A DNA stretch of 64,000 nucleotides from Hormiphora californensis (lineage: Eukaryota; Animalia; Ctenophora), in NCBI GenBank assembly GCA_020137815.1, contig CM035352.1, positions 8,370,001 to 8,434,000 on the forward strand, in the 5' to 3' direction. Below are positions 44,030-58,080 of the stretch, piece after piece. The notes beneath the pieces were generated by a model. It saw only the letters and a list, made by a program, of their open reading frames with translations, did not search any database and had not been told where the DNA came from. Made by a program: the position numbers and the translations under genes. Positions within the stretch are counted from its first letter, which is position 1, and every line of letters begins with the position of its first letter.

Positions 44030-47000
44030 TTGAGCGGACAGTGACCCCGGCACAGAAGAAGGAAATCGAGGAAAACAGGGTGACCACACCCGAATCTGTG
44101 CCGGTAAAATGCGTCTGGGATTCACCACGATCAGACAAGGTGTATCCTAGAGAGGAAGAAGGAGATACAGCAACATCTTTAAACAGTACACAAGCTGTAG
44201 CGGGTACCGAAGTAGCACCCGATGAGAATGATAAAGGTCTTTCCACAGCATCTGATGTGGACTCAAAGGAACTCGTAATCACTCCTAAGTCTTCCCCAAG
44301 AACAAAGAAAACGGAAAAAGTGGTCATCCGAAAGCAGGAGAAGAATCAATCCCACACTGACGTGAGCGATGAGAAAAATGAAATAGTCGATAGTTCAGCA
44401 GTGATTGAGGTCGAGGGCAACAATGAGGACGATGTTATCCCTGAACCCAAGACCAAACGGAAGAAAAAGAGAAACAAGAGGAGCAAGGCAGCGAAAGTGA
44501 AAGCCCTCTCTGGAGAAGAAATACGGAAATCTCAAGAAATTATTGTAAACGGACTCATCCATGGCCCCGCATGGTGTGAGGATCAAACTAAACACCCGGT
44601 GCGCATGTTCATCGATACAGGAAGCCAAGTTAACCTTATTGACTGGACAACTGTATGTAAGTACGGGCTAGTGTCTGAGATCCGTGAGACAAACAGAAAG
44701 TTGAGAGATTTCAGCGGAAATCGGATACCTTGCAGAGGCGCCATCTCCTTGTGTATGATAGTCGGAGGAGCCACCATTAATCTGGTCAACTTCGTGGTGT
44801 GCGAAGGAATGGATACAGATATTCTATTAGGTGACCCGTTCTGTCGTAGCACAGGAGCCGCCTTGGACTATACGAACGCTGAACTAAGAGTCCCAAACGG
44901 TGAACCAGTACCTTTCCTGCCAAGACCAAGAAGCACCAAGAAGATTCTCCAGATAAGGTGGGGAGAAACTACCACAATACCACCTCATACTATGGGGTAT
45001 GTCGTAGGATCCCTGAAGGAAGATTGTCTAGGTGATACGATCGGTCTTGTCTCAACTGATTGGTCACGGAAAAATAATGGCCTACTCATTGGTGACGCAA
45101 TTGCCGAAGCTATGGAAGGAGACATTCCCATGAGAGTTTTGAACTTTAGCGAGGAGCCGATAACCCTCCAAAGGGGTAATAAAGCCGCTAAATTCCGCCC
45201 AGTGCCAGAGTACGACCCTTATTCTAGAGTGGAATGGGAAGACCGAATCCAATTTCTCCGTGAGTCTGAGGAACCGGAAGTCGAGAAATGGACAAAGGAA
45301 GAGCTATTCGAGCGTCTAAAAGTAAAAACTGCATCCAGGAACCTCACGAAACAACAGGCTCAAGATCTACAAGACATTATTTGGGAGCACAGGGACTGTT
45401 TTGCATACGATGAGTATGATCTCGGTTCCTGCAATATGTACAAAGCTACGATCAAGTTGAAGGAAGGGGCTACACCTCAGTGGACCCCTCCATTCCCTTG
45501 CCCATACAAGCTTGAGGGGGAGATGCAGAAAACAATCGATGAGATGGTGAAAACGAATGTGGTGGAGATCCTTCCGCAACGGTCAGATTGGAACTCACCA
45601 ACATTCCTGGTACGAAAGAAAACACCTAAAGGGCAGCCTCAGCGTTACAGGCTTGTGTGCGACCTAAGGAACGTGAACAAGATGTGTATGCCAGCAAACT
45701 TCCCATTGGCTCATTTGGATCATGTCTTGGATAAAATCGGCCAGGACAAGATATTTTCCTCTTTTGACCTTACCCGAGGATACTGGCAGCTTCCCTATGA
45801 CTGAATCCTCGAAACAGATCACTGCCTTCTTGTATAAGAACACCCAGTACGCATTCTCGAAGACAGTGATGGGACATCGATCATCCGGACCATCTTTCTG
45901 CGATATGATGAATCGTCTGCTCGGATCTCTCCCGATAGAGCAAGTTGTCCAATTTGTGGACGACCTCCTCCTATCTTCTGTCACAGCTGACCAGCACCTT
46001 GATCGGTTGGAACGGCTTCTGTCCAGATTGTATGGTGCGAACCTCAAGATTTCACCCGACAAAAGTCAGCTGATGAGAGATGCAGTTGATTTCGTTGGAG
46101 TTCGTGTCAGCGGTGGCGGTATAAGTATCACTGAAGACCGTGTAGCTGACCTCCTAGCACTCCGTGAGCCTGAATCAAAGAAAGAGGTCATGCAAGCAAT
46201 GGGTGCCCTGAACTATGTGAGAAAGTGGATTCCAGCCTACAGTTCTATCAGTAAGCCAATATTCGCTTCTATACGCGGGGAAAGGAGTGCAAGTTCAAAT
46301 GGACCAAAGAGTGTAGTGAAGCGTACGCCAAGCTGAAGCAGCTCGTCGCGGAAAGTACACAGCTTGCAATACCAAATCCAGAAGATCCTTACAGCTCCTA
46401 CGAGGTCACACTAGATGCCAGTGAGAAAGGTTTAGGCGCCTCCCTATCCCAGGAATTGGATACACCTGAAGGTGGTAGAGAACGAAGGATTGTCGCTTAC
46501 TACAGCCGAGCTCTCCCCGAGTACAAGAGAGCACGGGGACAGACGAAGCTGGAGTTCGAGGCTCTGTTCGCAGCAATCCAGCACTGGACCATATATCTTT
46601 ATAACGTGAAACAGTTTGTCGTCATAACAGACTGTTTATCCTTGGTAAAAGCCGAAGGTACCCTGTTCACGAAGCCAGACAACGCGGTAACCAAGAAAGT
46701 TATGAAGTTAGCCGAGTTCAACTTCAAACTCCAGCATTTAAGTGGCCCGGAAAACAAGATTTGTGATTGGTTGTCAAGGTTCAGCCTGCCGCCAACCAAG
46801 ATCGAAGCCGAAACACAAACGACACCTCAGACCCATGAAGATTTGACTAAAGTTGTCAAGGTTGTAAATCTATGTGATAGAAACAACGAAGAGATGCAAC
46901 AAGATGTCATCCGAAAGATACCTGAGGATCGTCACAACTCCACAGAGTCCGAAGCAGACACAGAGTCCAACCATGAAGACTGCTCGAGTAGCAGCGTGGA

Positions 47001-49065
47001 TACAGGAACGTACATGTCTACTGAAGATTCCTCTGAAGACATATCTCTGTCGACAATACGAGTTAACAGTGTGAGCGAGTGCGAAGTCTTTCTCATAAAG
47101 AGCACTCAGTTTCCTGCAGCATCGTACGTCACGGAATATGAATACTTCAGTAATGAAGACAAGCCACCCACCCAATCAGATGAAGACAGCCACCCGCAAC
47201 ATGAGAGTATTGGCTCTGAAGAAACTCTAGGCCTTTGTGAAATACTCAACGATTTGGTGAGCTGTGAAGAAATAAGCACCTGTCCAGAAAAAGTCATGAC
47301 TGAAAATAACGAAGAAGAAGAAAAAGAATGGTCATATGAGCAGGAGATTCATTGTTTATGCGCAGAGCAAGAATCTCACTTTCCGTCAGGATCCGGAAGG
47401 ATCGCGTCGATCCAGCAAAACGGTGTACAGATCCCCGTAGTTGGAAAGACCTGGACTGATTGGGAGACTGTCCAGGAGAAAGATGACATGCTAAAGTTAG
47501 TGAGAAAATGGGTGAGTGACGGGAATAGACAAGTGGTACAAGCCAACAGGGCCCCACCTGATCTAGAGTCTTTGTGGAAACAGTACCAGCTCCTCCGGAT
47601 AGAGGATGGTGTATTGCAAAGAAAATGGCTCGATCTCAAGACAAATGATTCCAAATGGCTGATTGTGGTACCTATGAAGGAGCGAGATGAGCTTATCAGA
47701 CAGGCTCATGACTTCCACACAGGTCACGCCGGAGTCAGTGCAACAGTTGATCACCTACGAAGAAACTTTTACTGGCCGGCCCAGCCCAAACAAGTCGGAC
47801 TATACATCGGTCAGTGTGTAAATTGTGCCTCAAACAAACAGCGTCAACAGACCTTCCAAGCCGAGATGGCCACATTTGTGTGTCACGAGTTCAACGCCGT
47901 TATTGTAATCGATCATATCGTTCCAGAAGCCCGTGGATCGACGATAAGAGGCAACAAGAACGTCCTAACAATTACAGACGTTTATTCAAACTTTCTAGTT
48001 GCAGTGCCTACGAAGACCCAAACATCCGTTGAGAGCCGTGAGAAAATTCTCGCTCATTGGATCTGGAAATTTGGTTGGCCGAGAGAAATAATCTGTGATC
48101 AACATCAGAACTTCAATGGCAAAGAATTCAAAGATTTCTTCGAAAAACTGAACGTAAAAGTTCAACCCGGCCAAGCCTATTCAGCCCGCAGTACTGGACG
48201 TGCTGAAAATAGCAACAAAAAGATTGATCGAATTCTCAGAGCGACCCTGTTCGAGTCCAACCCTAAAGATTGGGATTTGCATCTTGATCAAGTGTGCTTC
48301 AAGCTAAACAACACCAGATCTAGAAGAACAGGCTTCACGGCACACAGGATTGTCTTTGGCACAGAACCGAACATGCCTGATGCCTTACATCTCCGCCGAA
48401 CCATAGACAGAGAGAATAAGACTCCAAATATGGACATTCCAACATCCGTCTACCATCGCTACAGAGAGATCTGCAACTTAAGCTACAAGATCAGGCAAAA
48501 CGTCAATGAAGACCTGATAGCGGCCAAAAAGCAATTCAACAAGAGGCTAAATGACCCGGAATTAGCAGTTGGAGATCAAGTTTTGGCAAAAATCCCGTGC
48601 CCAGTACATAAATTTGGGCCTAGATTCAGTGGACCTTTTCCAGTGAGCCAAGTGCTCAGCCCCTACCTCTACAGAGTGAAGATGAGCGTAGGAGACAAGG
48701 TTATTGGTGTGGGAAAGTTGAAGTTATTTGCACGCAACGGCAAAACGGTAGAGTGTAAAAATTCGGAGAAACTGAAGGAAACCGAATCAAACCCACCAAT
48801 GATGCCAGTTCTAGTTCAGCATGCAAATGCAGATCACCAGGATTGTAACGAAACTTCAGTTGAAATCGTGCCAACACCAGAGCAACCCGAAGATGACCAT
48901 GATACAGCGGAAACATCTTCTCCAACACCAGAGCAACCCGAAGATGACCATGATACAGCGGAAACACCTTCTCCAGACCAAACCTCTCCGCCAGTTACAG
49001 GAGGAAATGACCGGAGAATCAGGCTTCGAGCTCATGTCAAACCACCTGACCGATTCAGGGGTTAG
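43960..49065 (+). CDS. pol: Gypsy pol (protease, RT, RNase H, integrase) in the -1 frame relative to gag; two compensating indels at ~45795 and ~46280
   Basis: FIDTGSQ protease; YRLVCDLR, FDLTRGYWQL and FVDD RT; LDAS and ITDC RNase H; H..GHAG..CVNC zinc finger, IDH, CDQ and AENSNK integrase. Confidence 0.9.
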
Positions 49066-49239
49066 TTGTCATGTGGTCGAATATGAAGTGTGTTCCTACT
49101 CAGTGCACGAGATTTCGCCACTCCCCAACACTGACTGCTGCTATGCCTGAACATCTTCGACTCCACATTGAGGCGCATCTGTTCCGGAAGTTAAGATCTT
49201 CTGATCTCCCTCTACATTTAAACAGTGTTTTACACTAAT

Positions 49240-49566
49240 AAGTTGAGTGTACTCGACAACCCGTTAAAATCCTTTTGGATTTATTTTTATAACCCCAACC
49301 AAGTTGAGTGTACTCGACAACCCATCAAATCCTCTTGGATTTCGATTTTATTTTAACAACTAAGTTGAGTGTACTCGACAACCCGTTAAAATCCTTTTGG
49401 ATTTATTTTTATAACCCCAACCAAGTTGAGTGTACTCGACAACCCATCAAATCCTCTTGGATTTCGATTTTATTTTAACAACTAAGTTGAGTGTACTCGA
49501 CAACCCGTTAAAATCCTTTTGGATTTATTTTTATAATCCCCAACCAAGTTGAGAGTTCTCGACAAC
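49240..49566. repeat. 61-bp tandem array (6 units, alternating A/B variants) in the Gypsy 3' non-coding region
   Basis: AAGTTGAGTGTACTCGACAAC at 49240, 49301, 49362, 49423, 49484, and a variant at 49546. Confidence 0.92.
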
Positions 49567-52500
49567 AGCAACCATACAACTGACCTCTATCTGTTGATAT
49601 GTTTTGATGATCCAAAAACAAACTGAAACCTGATGACAAGGGTAAATGTGCTACCTAACGATACATGGCAGCTACCAATCTGCGATACCGGTGAACAGTT
49701 CATGTGAAGTGTGAACATGCGATATTTTGCTTCCTTGAGACATGATAAGGAGGTGAAGAGAAGCCGTGATCTATTGGTTGAGATCAATGGTTTTGTCAGG
49801 AACCGGCCGTTGCTGAAGTTTGATTACCCCCTGAGAAACTCGCTTGAGAAGAGTGAAACAGACCGGTGTCCGATCCAGATCTCATCATCAATTTTCCATC
49901 AACCTGTGCGCCATCCTTTGACATCGTGTTCCTGGGGTGGACGGTATCGGCCAACATGGTGCAACGTGAACAGCAATGCCCCCTTTTAATTGGAACTTCA
50001 GAGACCTTTCTTCCTTACCTTCATCGTGAAATCATTGTTTAAAGCGAGAATTTCTCTGAGAAAGAGAAAACAGAAAAAGAAACAAATTGTAATATTTTAT
50101 ACAGTGTATTACTGACCATGAACATGTTTGTATTCACAAAATGTGAAGCTTTTAATGATCTTAATTTATTACCCGGGTATGCTATGGTCCGATTTTATTA
50201 TTCTACACAGTATTTTTAATGAATTATTTTTACCGTTAACGTAACTCCTTGTAGAGTGTATCTTGTAAGTCATGTGTACTCTTTCTCGATATTCGTTTAT
50301 TTTCATCGTCCCGTGCTCATGGTACAGTTCTGGGCTATTCTGTCGAGGACACCGTGTCACCGGCTCAAAGGAGTCGGTGGCAACGGCGCTTTTTGTCCTT
50401 GATGGAATGGTGCAGAACTGGGCCAGCCCTGTGTGTTTGTGTGTGCGTGTGTGTGAGAATGTGTGTTTGTGTCTGTGTCCTATCGCGAAGGTGCTTGTTT
50501 TGACGCTGAGTTCTATTAAAAGCACAGCATCTTCGCGCGCGCGTGTGTGTCGCTTTGGTGACACGCGCGCGCGTTTTCTGAGATCTGAGAGAGAAGAGCG
50601 ATTGATGTTTTGAGAGTGAGTTTTCTTTTGTCGGAGCGAAGCAACTTTCAAAAGCGTGTGTTCTCTTAGTCAACTGAACTGTAACAATCCTTTACCGTTA
50701 CTTTTACATTCACAAAATAAAAGACAACGTGTTTACTTTCGCCTTTACGCTCCAGCTGACGGGTACGCCCCATACGTGTCACGAAACCACCCCAAGAACG
50801 CCCCCTTTACAGAACAACCCCTTTCGGCAGTCCTTACTTTACACCAACCTCAGCATTTATACTTCGGGTAATGTGTTCCTTGATATTGGTGATGATCTCA
50901 GCTGCAAGGGCTTCTAGTTTGGCAACTCTGGTCTGGCCGGCCCCCTTCTTCTGTAGCTTCTTTATTCGTCTGTCGATCCTCCTCCTCTTTGATTTCAACT
51001 TGGTTAGTGCCTTGTCCTTAACAAGATGGGAGTAGTCCTGGATTTTCTTCAGTGGGGCACTGGAGCATGTGACCTGAAGGACAGTGAGGGTTAGTAGGTT
51101 TGTGAATGCTGTGAGCCTATCAATGTTTTCAAGTGATTCACACAATTCCCAAAGAACATCCCAATCAATATCACTAAGCAAGTCCCTCAGTTTATTCATA
51201 TCCGATTTGTGATAACACACTCCTTCGAATGACCAACGATCTAGTTTTTTCTTCTTAAAGTGTGGAGTGCATGTCATGTTATACCCTAGTACACCGGCTA
51301 CTGTTTTGTGATCTGACATACTAATGGTTGCTTCAACCTCAGTTTTGATAAAGTAGTCCGGTCTATTAGTCAAAATTACATCAAGCAAACTGGACTCTCT
51401 TGTTGCATCGTCGACAACTTGACATAGGAAATTTTGTTGTGTAAAGTTCTCTGTTGCTGCTGATATTCTGTCTTCTCTGTCTCCCCCCGGGGTTGAAAGA
51501 TCCCAATTGTGGTGTGGTAGGTTTAGGTCCCCCATGATGTAGAGATCAGGGACAGTTCTTTCGTGGGAGTGCTTGTTTATAAAGGCCTGTAGTGTCTCAA
51601 GCAGGTCTTGGTAATCACTGGTGCGGTAGATTGAGGCAACTATGGTGTGACACCTAGCCATGTACACAGCAACCATGTTGTTGAAGTTGTCTCCCCAAGA
51701 AGTTTTATCAGTGACTATCAGCGAGCCATGAACGAACAGAGCACAGCCTCCCCCGGTCCTGGTCTCCCTATCTGCTCGCCACAGACTGTATCCCGGTATC
51801 TTTACTTGTGCGTCCTCCACTCTTCCATCCCACCACGTCTCAGTTAGGCCCACTGCCATTACAGGTAGATCAGAGCTGGTGATTTGGTCCGCAAGGTATC
51901 TCATTTTCCACTTTGTTTTGCTAGTGGCGGCAGGGTTGAGACTCCTGCCGTTAATAAGGAGAAGCTTTGATCCGCATACTTCTCCTTTGGTGCCTGCTAT
52001 GACCATGTGAAATTTCACCAAACCCAAGTGAGGGTCGTTTCAGTTTGGGGGTTTCTTTACAAGTACCTAACCTGTAGCTGGTAGCACATTCAAAAAGGGA
52101 AATATCGATCCGTTACAGAAAAGGCCTCCAGGTGACTCACCACAGCATGAGATAGTAAGAGGTTCACGTCATATTAGTAAACCTGGTTCACCAATATGAC
52201 GTGAATCTAAAGAGTTGGTGAGTGTATCTTTTAATGGTTATGTGCTGTCCTCGCATGCTGTGGCCTGTGAGGAGACTCCTCGTGGAGTGCATCCGGCACT
52301 GGAGGCCTTTGAACGGGGGATCTGCGATTGTAGCGTTTGCCAAGAAACTCTGAAATATCGGCATGTACTATGCTAGAGTCCCCTCATGCACGTACGTCTC
52401 TTCAGAAGGTCCTGCTGTAGCTCAGTGACAGCAGGAGTCAGCGTATGCCAACTGGAAAAATATTTTCACAAAAAGTTTATTTTCGAATTTTCGGTTTTCG

Positions 52501-54282
52501 GTTTTTTTTCGATTCCAGTTTTATTTTTATTGCATTTATATTTGGCCACCTGGACGCGCGCGGCCAAATTTAATTTAATGCGCTGCTTTAACGCGCGCAT
52601 ATCGAATAGAAGATTTGTGTCGCGAGAACTCCCAAAAATTCAAAAATTTATTTATTTTTATTTAGAAACCTTAATCCAAATTCTTGGAATGCGCTGCAGC
52701 CCCCTCATGCGCGCACCCCCGCAACGAGGGGACTGGAGGGAATGCCGCGCGCGCGTTTGGCCAGATCTGGCCAGAGTCGAAAATAACTTTGCGAGCGAAA
52801 AAACGGCGGTGCTTATAACTTTAGCCCCTGAAGTCCGTTTGACTTGATTCTTTCACCAGTTGTTAGATCTGACAATTATCTACCTTGCTGTTTTTGAGAG
52901 AAGTTAATTGGACTTGAGGAGGCTGAGCAATAGCCGTTCAAAGATTGGTTGTTTTCAAAAAGTGACGTCACAGATCCCTGCAGGGACACTTTTGTTTCAA
53001 ATTTGAATTAAAATCTCGAATTTTTTATTTTACCGCACTCGATTTTGCGGAGTTTGGTTCATATCTCCTGTTCCTGATAAGATAGAGACCTGAAACCAGT
53101 TGCATTTGAAAGCTGTTATCTTCCTCTTTCCAACGCTACCAAAACGATTTCTGTACCTTATCTGGAACCGGAGATATGATTGATTATGTATTCCCCCCCA
53201 GCGCGGTATTCCCTCCAGGCCCCTTATATTATATTATAAGGGGCCTGCAACGTATGCCAATCCAAATTCCATAATGTTAGTCAGTTAGTCCGATAATTGT
53301 TTTTTTCAAACTCCTCCCACAGTTTTTGAGCTAGACCCCTGAAAATTTGTACACTGGTACCTTGGACCAAGGCGGATGTAAGTACGGGCTCAGATTTTTG
53401 ATCCGATTCCGATCTTTACAGCATTGACGTCACGGGGTGACGTCATTGCGACAAAAAGACTTACATTTTCAAACGCTTCTAAGACCCTGAAAACGGCTCT
53501 AAATCAAAAAACTAACGCCATCGTGGGGAAAGAGAATCGTTTGAACTTCATTTTAGTTGATGGCGATTTCCCGTAACTCAATGTTTAAGGGTCGTAAATC
53601 GCGTCGGGAAAGTTAAAAATGCCAAAAATACGATATTTTTCACCGTAGCCACCCAAAATCTTATCCAATCGATATGAAACTTGGTCGGTATGTGAATTTT
53701 AATGTCCTTTGGCCAGGGGTTCCCGGAAAACGGATTGGCAAGATGAGAACTGACCGGAGTTCTTATAATTCACGAATTTGGAATTTTTCGTCGACTTTTT
53801 TTTGGCGACATAAAACGCGAACGAGAGGAAATTTTCAATGAATTTTAAAATTTTACACTGCGCGTGTAATTTTAGGTTCCGCGCGCCACGTTTTGCGGCG
53901 CAGCATAGAGAATTACCACACGGCGCGGCGACAATTTCTTGGAAGACTTTTTTTGATCATTTTTCACACGTCGGATTCCGCGTTTTTCCACCTCCACATC
54001 CACATCCACCGATCATCCATCCCTGTGCTCCAATTCACTGCTTAGTAGACTCACTTCCAAACCGTTCTCTTTCACATTCTCTGACAACTCTGGCGTTCTC
54101 TCTTCAACTGTTTCTCAATCCAGACGGTTGCAAACCCAGGCAAACAGGTTTATTAGACTCTCACTCTGATTTCCTGTTTTCTCGCCGAAACTTCGCCCAG
54201 CTTTTTCTTATCGCTGTGGTAGCGCTCTTGATATACCGAAAAGTAAATCAACAGTTCGTGTACTTTTGGAAACCGTTCTTAA

Positions 54283-54732
54283 AGGTTGACAAGATACCTA
54301 AAACTTTTCGTATATCGTCTTATTTTGATTTATCATTAATTTTCAGCATTTTTTCAGAATTTTTTGTCGGCTAGAAATATGTGCAAAATAGGGGGTCTAC
54401 TGACAAATGAGTGTGCCTTTTTTAAAATTGATACCGTAATATCTCCGGTTCCTGATGAGATACAGAAACCGTTTTGGTAGCGTTGGAAAGGTCTTATTGA
54501 GAACAATCCAACGCAACCAAGATCAAGTCTTTATCTTTTGAGGAACCGGAAACGTGAATTTCAATTTGCGAGACGCAGTGAGTGTGCCCAGTAAAACCAG
54601 TGCTGACAATATCGGTAGACCCCCTATTTCGAATTTTTTTCTAGCCGACAAAAAATTCTGAAAAAATGCTGAAAATTAATGATAAATCAAAATAAGACGA
54701 TATAAGAAAAGTTTTAGGTATCTTGTCAACCT
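54283..54732. mobile_element. Kolobok-like MITE with TTAA TSD
   Basis: TTAA|AGGTTGACAAGATACC ... GGTATCTTGTCAACCT|TTAA, with ~118-bp TIRs. Confidence 0.8.
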
Positions 54733-54834
54733 TTAAGGAGATCTAGAACCAGGGGTTCCCGGAAAACGGATTGGCAAGATGAGAACTGACCGGAGTTCTT
54801 AAAATTTCACGAAGTTGGTTTTGTATTGTATTGT

Positions 54835-55255
54835 ATTTAGTCCAAAAACCAATTAAATAAATTAGTTTGGATGCCCGGGCCCATTTGGTGTCACGGGGGT
54901 AAAACCTTTAGGCTACTGTCATAAATAATGGCATATCTCGTTTATTTTTCAATCTCTCGTTTTTCTTTTCTCTTTCTCTCCATCCCTCTATCTCTTTCTC
55001 CCTCTTTTCCTCTTTCTCCCACTCTCCACCTCCATATCTCCCTCTTTCTCTTTTTTTCTCTCTTTTATTTATATGTATTTCTCTTACTATCTCTCCGTCT
55101 TTCTCGATATATCTCACTCTTTATATCACAATTTGTTTTTCTTTATCTCTCTCGATATTCATCATTTATGACAGTAGCCTAAAGGTTTTACCCCCGTGAC
55201 ACCAAATGGGCCCGGGCATCCAAACTAATTTATTTAATTGGTTTTTGGACTAAAT
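54835..55255. mobile_element. MITE-like element with ~92-bp perfect TIRs around a CT-rich core
   Basis: ATTTAGTCCAAAAACC...GGCTACTGTCATAAAT mirrored at ~55164-55255. No TSD resolved. Confidence 0.7.
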
Positions 55256-55277
55256 TTCTGTTCTTTTTGGTGTAATA

Positions 55278-55825
55278 AATCGACTATTTTGAGTCGGAAT
55301 ATACCCAAGAAAACGTTTTAGGGTCAGCCGAAGTGGAAATTTTAAAGGGTATGCATAAAATCATGAATTTGAGCATAAATATGCAAATAACGGCTAAACG
55401 GTGCGAGATACGAATTTTTGTCCGGGGGACGACCCCCCACAAATCGACTATTTTGAGTCGGAATATACCCAAGAAAACGTTCTAGGGTCAGCCGAAGTGG
55501 AAATTTTAAAGAATATGCATAAATTTGAGCATAAATATGCAAATAACGGCTAAACGGTGCGAGATACGAATTTTTGTCTGGGGGACGACCCCCCATAAAT
55601 CGACTATTTTGAGTCGGAAAATACCCAAGAAAACGTTCTAGGGTCAGCCGAAGTGGACATTTTAACGGTTATGCATAAAATCATGAATTTGAGCATAAAT
55701 ATGCAAATAATGGCTAAACGGTGCGAGATAAGAATTTTTGTCCGGGGGACGACCCCCCATAAATCGACTATTTTGAGTCGGAATATACCCATGAAAACGT
55801 TTTAGGACGAGCCGAAGTGGAAATA
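55278..55825. repeat. ~160-bp tandem repeat, ~3.4 copies
   Basis: AAATCGACTATTTTGAGTCGGAA at ~55278, 55441, 55597 and 55761. Confidence 0.9.
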
Positions 55826-58080
55826 TAACGCAATTAAGTTATTAAAATGAATAATTAATGAATAATTAATGAATAATTAATGAACTATGGCGATTTCGAA
55901 GTTTTCACATAGCCTATACCACGCCAAATAATGCAAGGAACCAATGTTCCAAACGGCAAGTCTCTACTATTTCTGGTTTAGGAGAACACTCAATCTCCTC
56001 CCCTCCCCTCCCGTCCCCTCCCTTACATTTTTGCATTTTGGGACCCCTCTGGCAAATTTTTACCTTACATCCGATCATTCTGAAATTTTGTATGCCTCTT
56101 CTCCAATATGAGAGTACAAAATTTCATCCCTCTAATTCATCTGGAACATGCATTTTTAAAGCATCAAAAACCCCGAAATTTGCAATGGTATATACAGGGT
56201 GTCCCATATATTCTCCGGGTCGGTTGGCGAGCTGTCACGCAAAAACGGTGATAGTTGTGTGAAAACAAACTGCGGGAGTGTGCTGGATTAATTCCTTCCT
56301 AACTGATGGCTTTGTTTTAAAATTAAATTTCAAAAGTTCATTTTTCATGAATGAACATTGCTGCCGTTCATTCATGAATTCTGAAATATTGTTTACCTTG
56401 AGTAAGTAACTTTTCTTTGGCTCGCAATTATCTTTCCAATGAGTACCATAAAACTCAAATTGAAGCACCAGGTCACATGACAGTTGAGAAAATGAACATG
56501 CATGATTTTGGCTCTTTTTGAGACTTTCAATCGGCTGTATCACCGCTACCTTATCTTCAATCTTTTTGAAGCTTTGGGTGAACATTGGATAAGCAAAGAT
56601 CATTGCTCACAAGAAAAATCAAGGTCAAAACTCAAAGTTCATTTTTAAGTTTTGGTAGTTCATTCCACTCATTCAGGAACCAACAACCCTAAAGTGATGA
56701 AAAGTGTTGGATTTTGTTTGGTCCATGTCCTGCAATGACAGAGAGGTGTAGTGACGTGTTTCCGAGCTAGTTAGTGGGTGCCATGTGATCATGACGATAT
56801 CTGACACCTTCGTTGAGCAATAATTAAGAGATTTTCTCAAATTAAAGCATGTGATTCGGGTCTTCTGCGATTGGTATCGTGCAGCAATCTTGAGAGATCT
56901 CATAGCACCTCAAAAATGATGAAAAGTTCAATGAATTGAGTTGATTTAATGATTTATTATCGAAAATGGTCGCTGAGTTCAATGTGGCATCGGTGTTAAT
57001 CTTATTGAGCACTATGTAGTAGCACTGGCAGGTTAACACGCTTGTGTGTAGAAGTGTTGCGTGTGCTCTCTCTTTTATTTTTTGAGTTAGAGGGTATTTC
57101 TAAGGTGGGGGCTCTGCCCCCACACCCCCGTTTAAGGTGGGGGCTGCGCCCCCACACCCCCCTTTTGGGCCCGGGGCACTTGCCAGTGCTATGATTGTAT
57201 TGGTCCAAAAAATAAAAAACTTGTATAGTCAAATTTTTAAATCAAGTGACAGGCCGCCGCGCATGGTTTTGCACGTGCAAATCGAAATCGAGTTCCTGAC
57301 AATCTTAAGACTTGAACCCGGAAGCGTTGGAAAGATAATTTTTTTCTCTTTCCAACGCAACAAAGATCAAGCCTTTATCTTATCAGGAGCCAGAGATATG
57401 ATTGAAAATGTTTAGCACGCGCCAATCCATTTAGGTGAATGCGTGGCGGCCTGTCACTTGATTTAAAAATTGAACTATACTTGGACGTGAAAAATTTTCT
57501 GATTTGAAAAACAAAATTTTGACCGCACGAATTAAGAAAGCAGGTTAAGCGTGGCGTAAAAAAGCAGCACTTTTTTGGGGAAATTCGCGCGTTATAGTAA
57601 ATGATTTACCCGCCTCACCAAAATTGTAATGGCCGTTTTTTCAAAAACCCAATGTGTATGATAGTAGGAGCGGTTAGATCACCACGTGGTTAAAATCGCG
57701 TGCCACCCCTTTTTGCGCATTGTCATAGCTCCTCGAGGTCGCATCCAATCAAGAAATGTCCCTCAAGTTTTCGCTTCTCCTTGAGGAGATCTACAGGTTT
57801 GATGAAGGTCACTTTTGGATTGGATGCGAAATGAAGCCGTGAGAGTAACCTGAGATTAGGGTGGCGCGCGACTTTCTGCACGTGCTGATCTAACCGCTCC
57901 TACTATGAGACTCATTGCTCTAAGGAACAAACACATTATCTTTTAAAAATCAAACACAAATGTCACCGGTTATATGAGGATAAATTACCATTTACCAGGT
58001 CACGGGTTCCCAGCAAACGGGTACTCTAGTTGTTTGAAAAATACAAATGCCTAGCCTGAAAACCACCACCTCTCCTACAG

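Larger units (their letters stand above)
42118..50846 (+). mobile_element. Full-length Ty3/Gypsy LTR retrotransposon
   Basis: LTRs 42118-42557 and 50408-50846 (TGGTG...CACCA), differing only by one A in a run as read by eye. PBS-like TGGTGAGC 2 nt after the 5' LTR. Flanks TCCT/ACCT form an imperfect TSD. Domain order gag-PR-RT-RH-IN. Confidence 0.96.
40139..52027 (-). mobile_element. Second CR1/L2-group LINE (ORF2 APE at 52027-50847; RT at ~42117-40248), split by a Gypsy element
   Basis: APE motifs LTETWW, GGGC, MGDLN, LDVILT, SDH. RT motifs NYRPVALT, IDFAKAFD, QGSVLGP, FADD. (TTGTAATC)n tail at ~40139-40162. Removing the LTR element restores ...INAEEDKAVAQIKKNP; one frameshift near 41550. 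Confidence 0.9.

Noticed and set aside
49240-49566. CRISPR-like look (palindromic ~23-bp repeats with ~38-bp spacers)
   Set aside because: Spacers are not unique (two alternating related variants), there are no cas genes, and the array lies inside a eukaryotic LTR element.
49587-50651. Possible env-like third ORF in the Gypsy element
   Set aside because: Only short ORFs, with no signal peptide, furin site or TM anchor; some are antisense LTR read-through.
56191-56230. Tc1/mariner-like end (TA-CAGGGTGTCCC)
   Set aside because: No matching opposite terminus or transposase found by eye.
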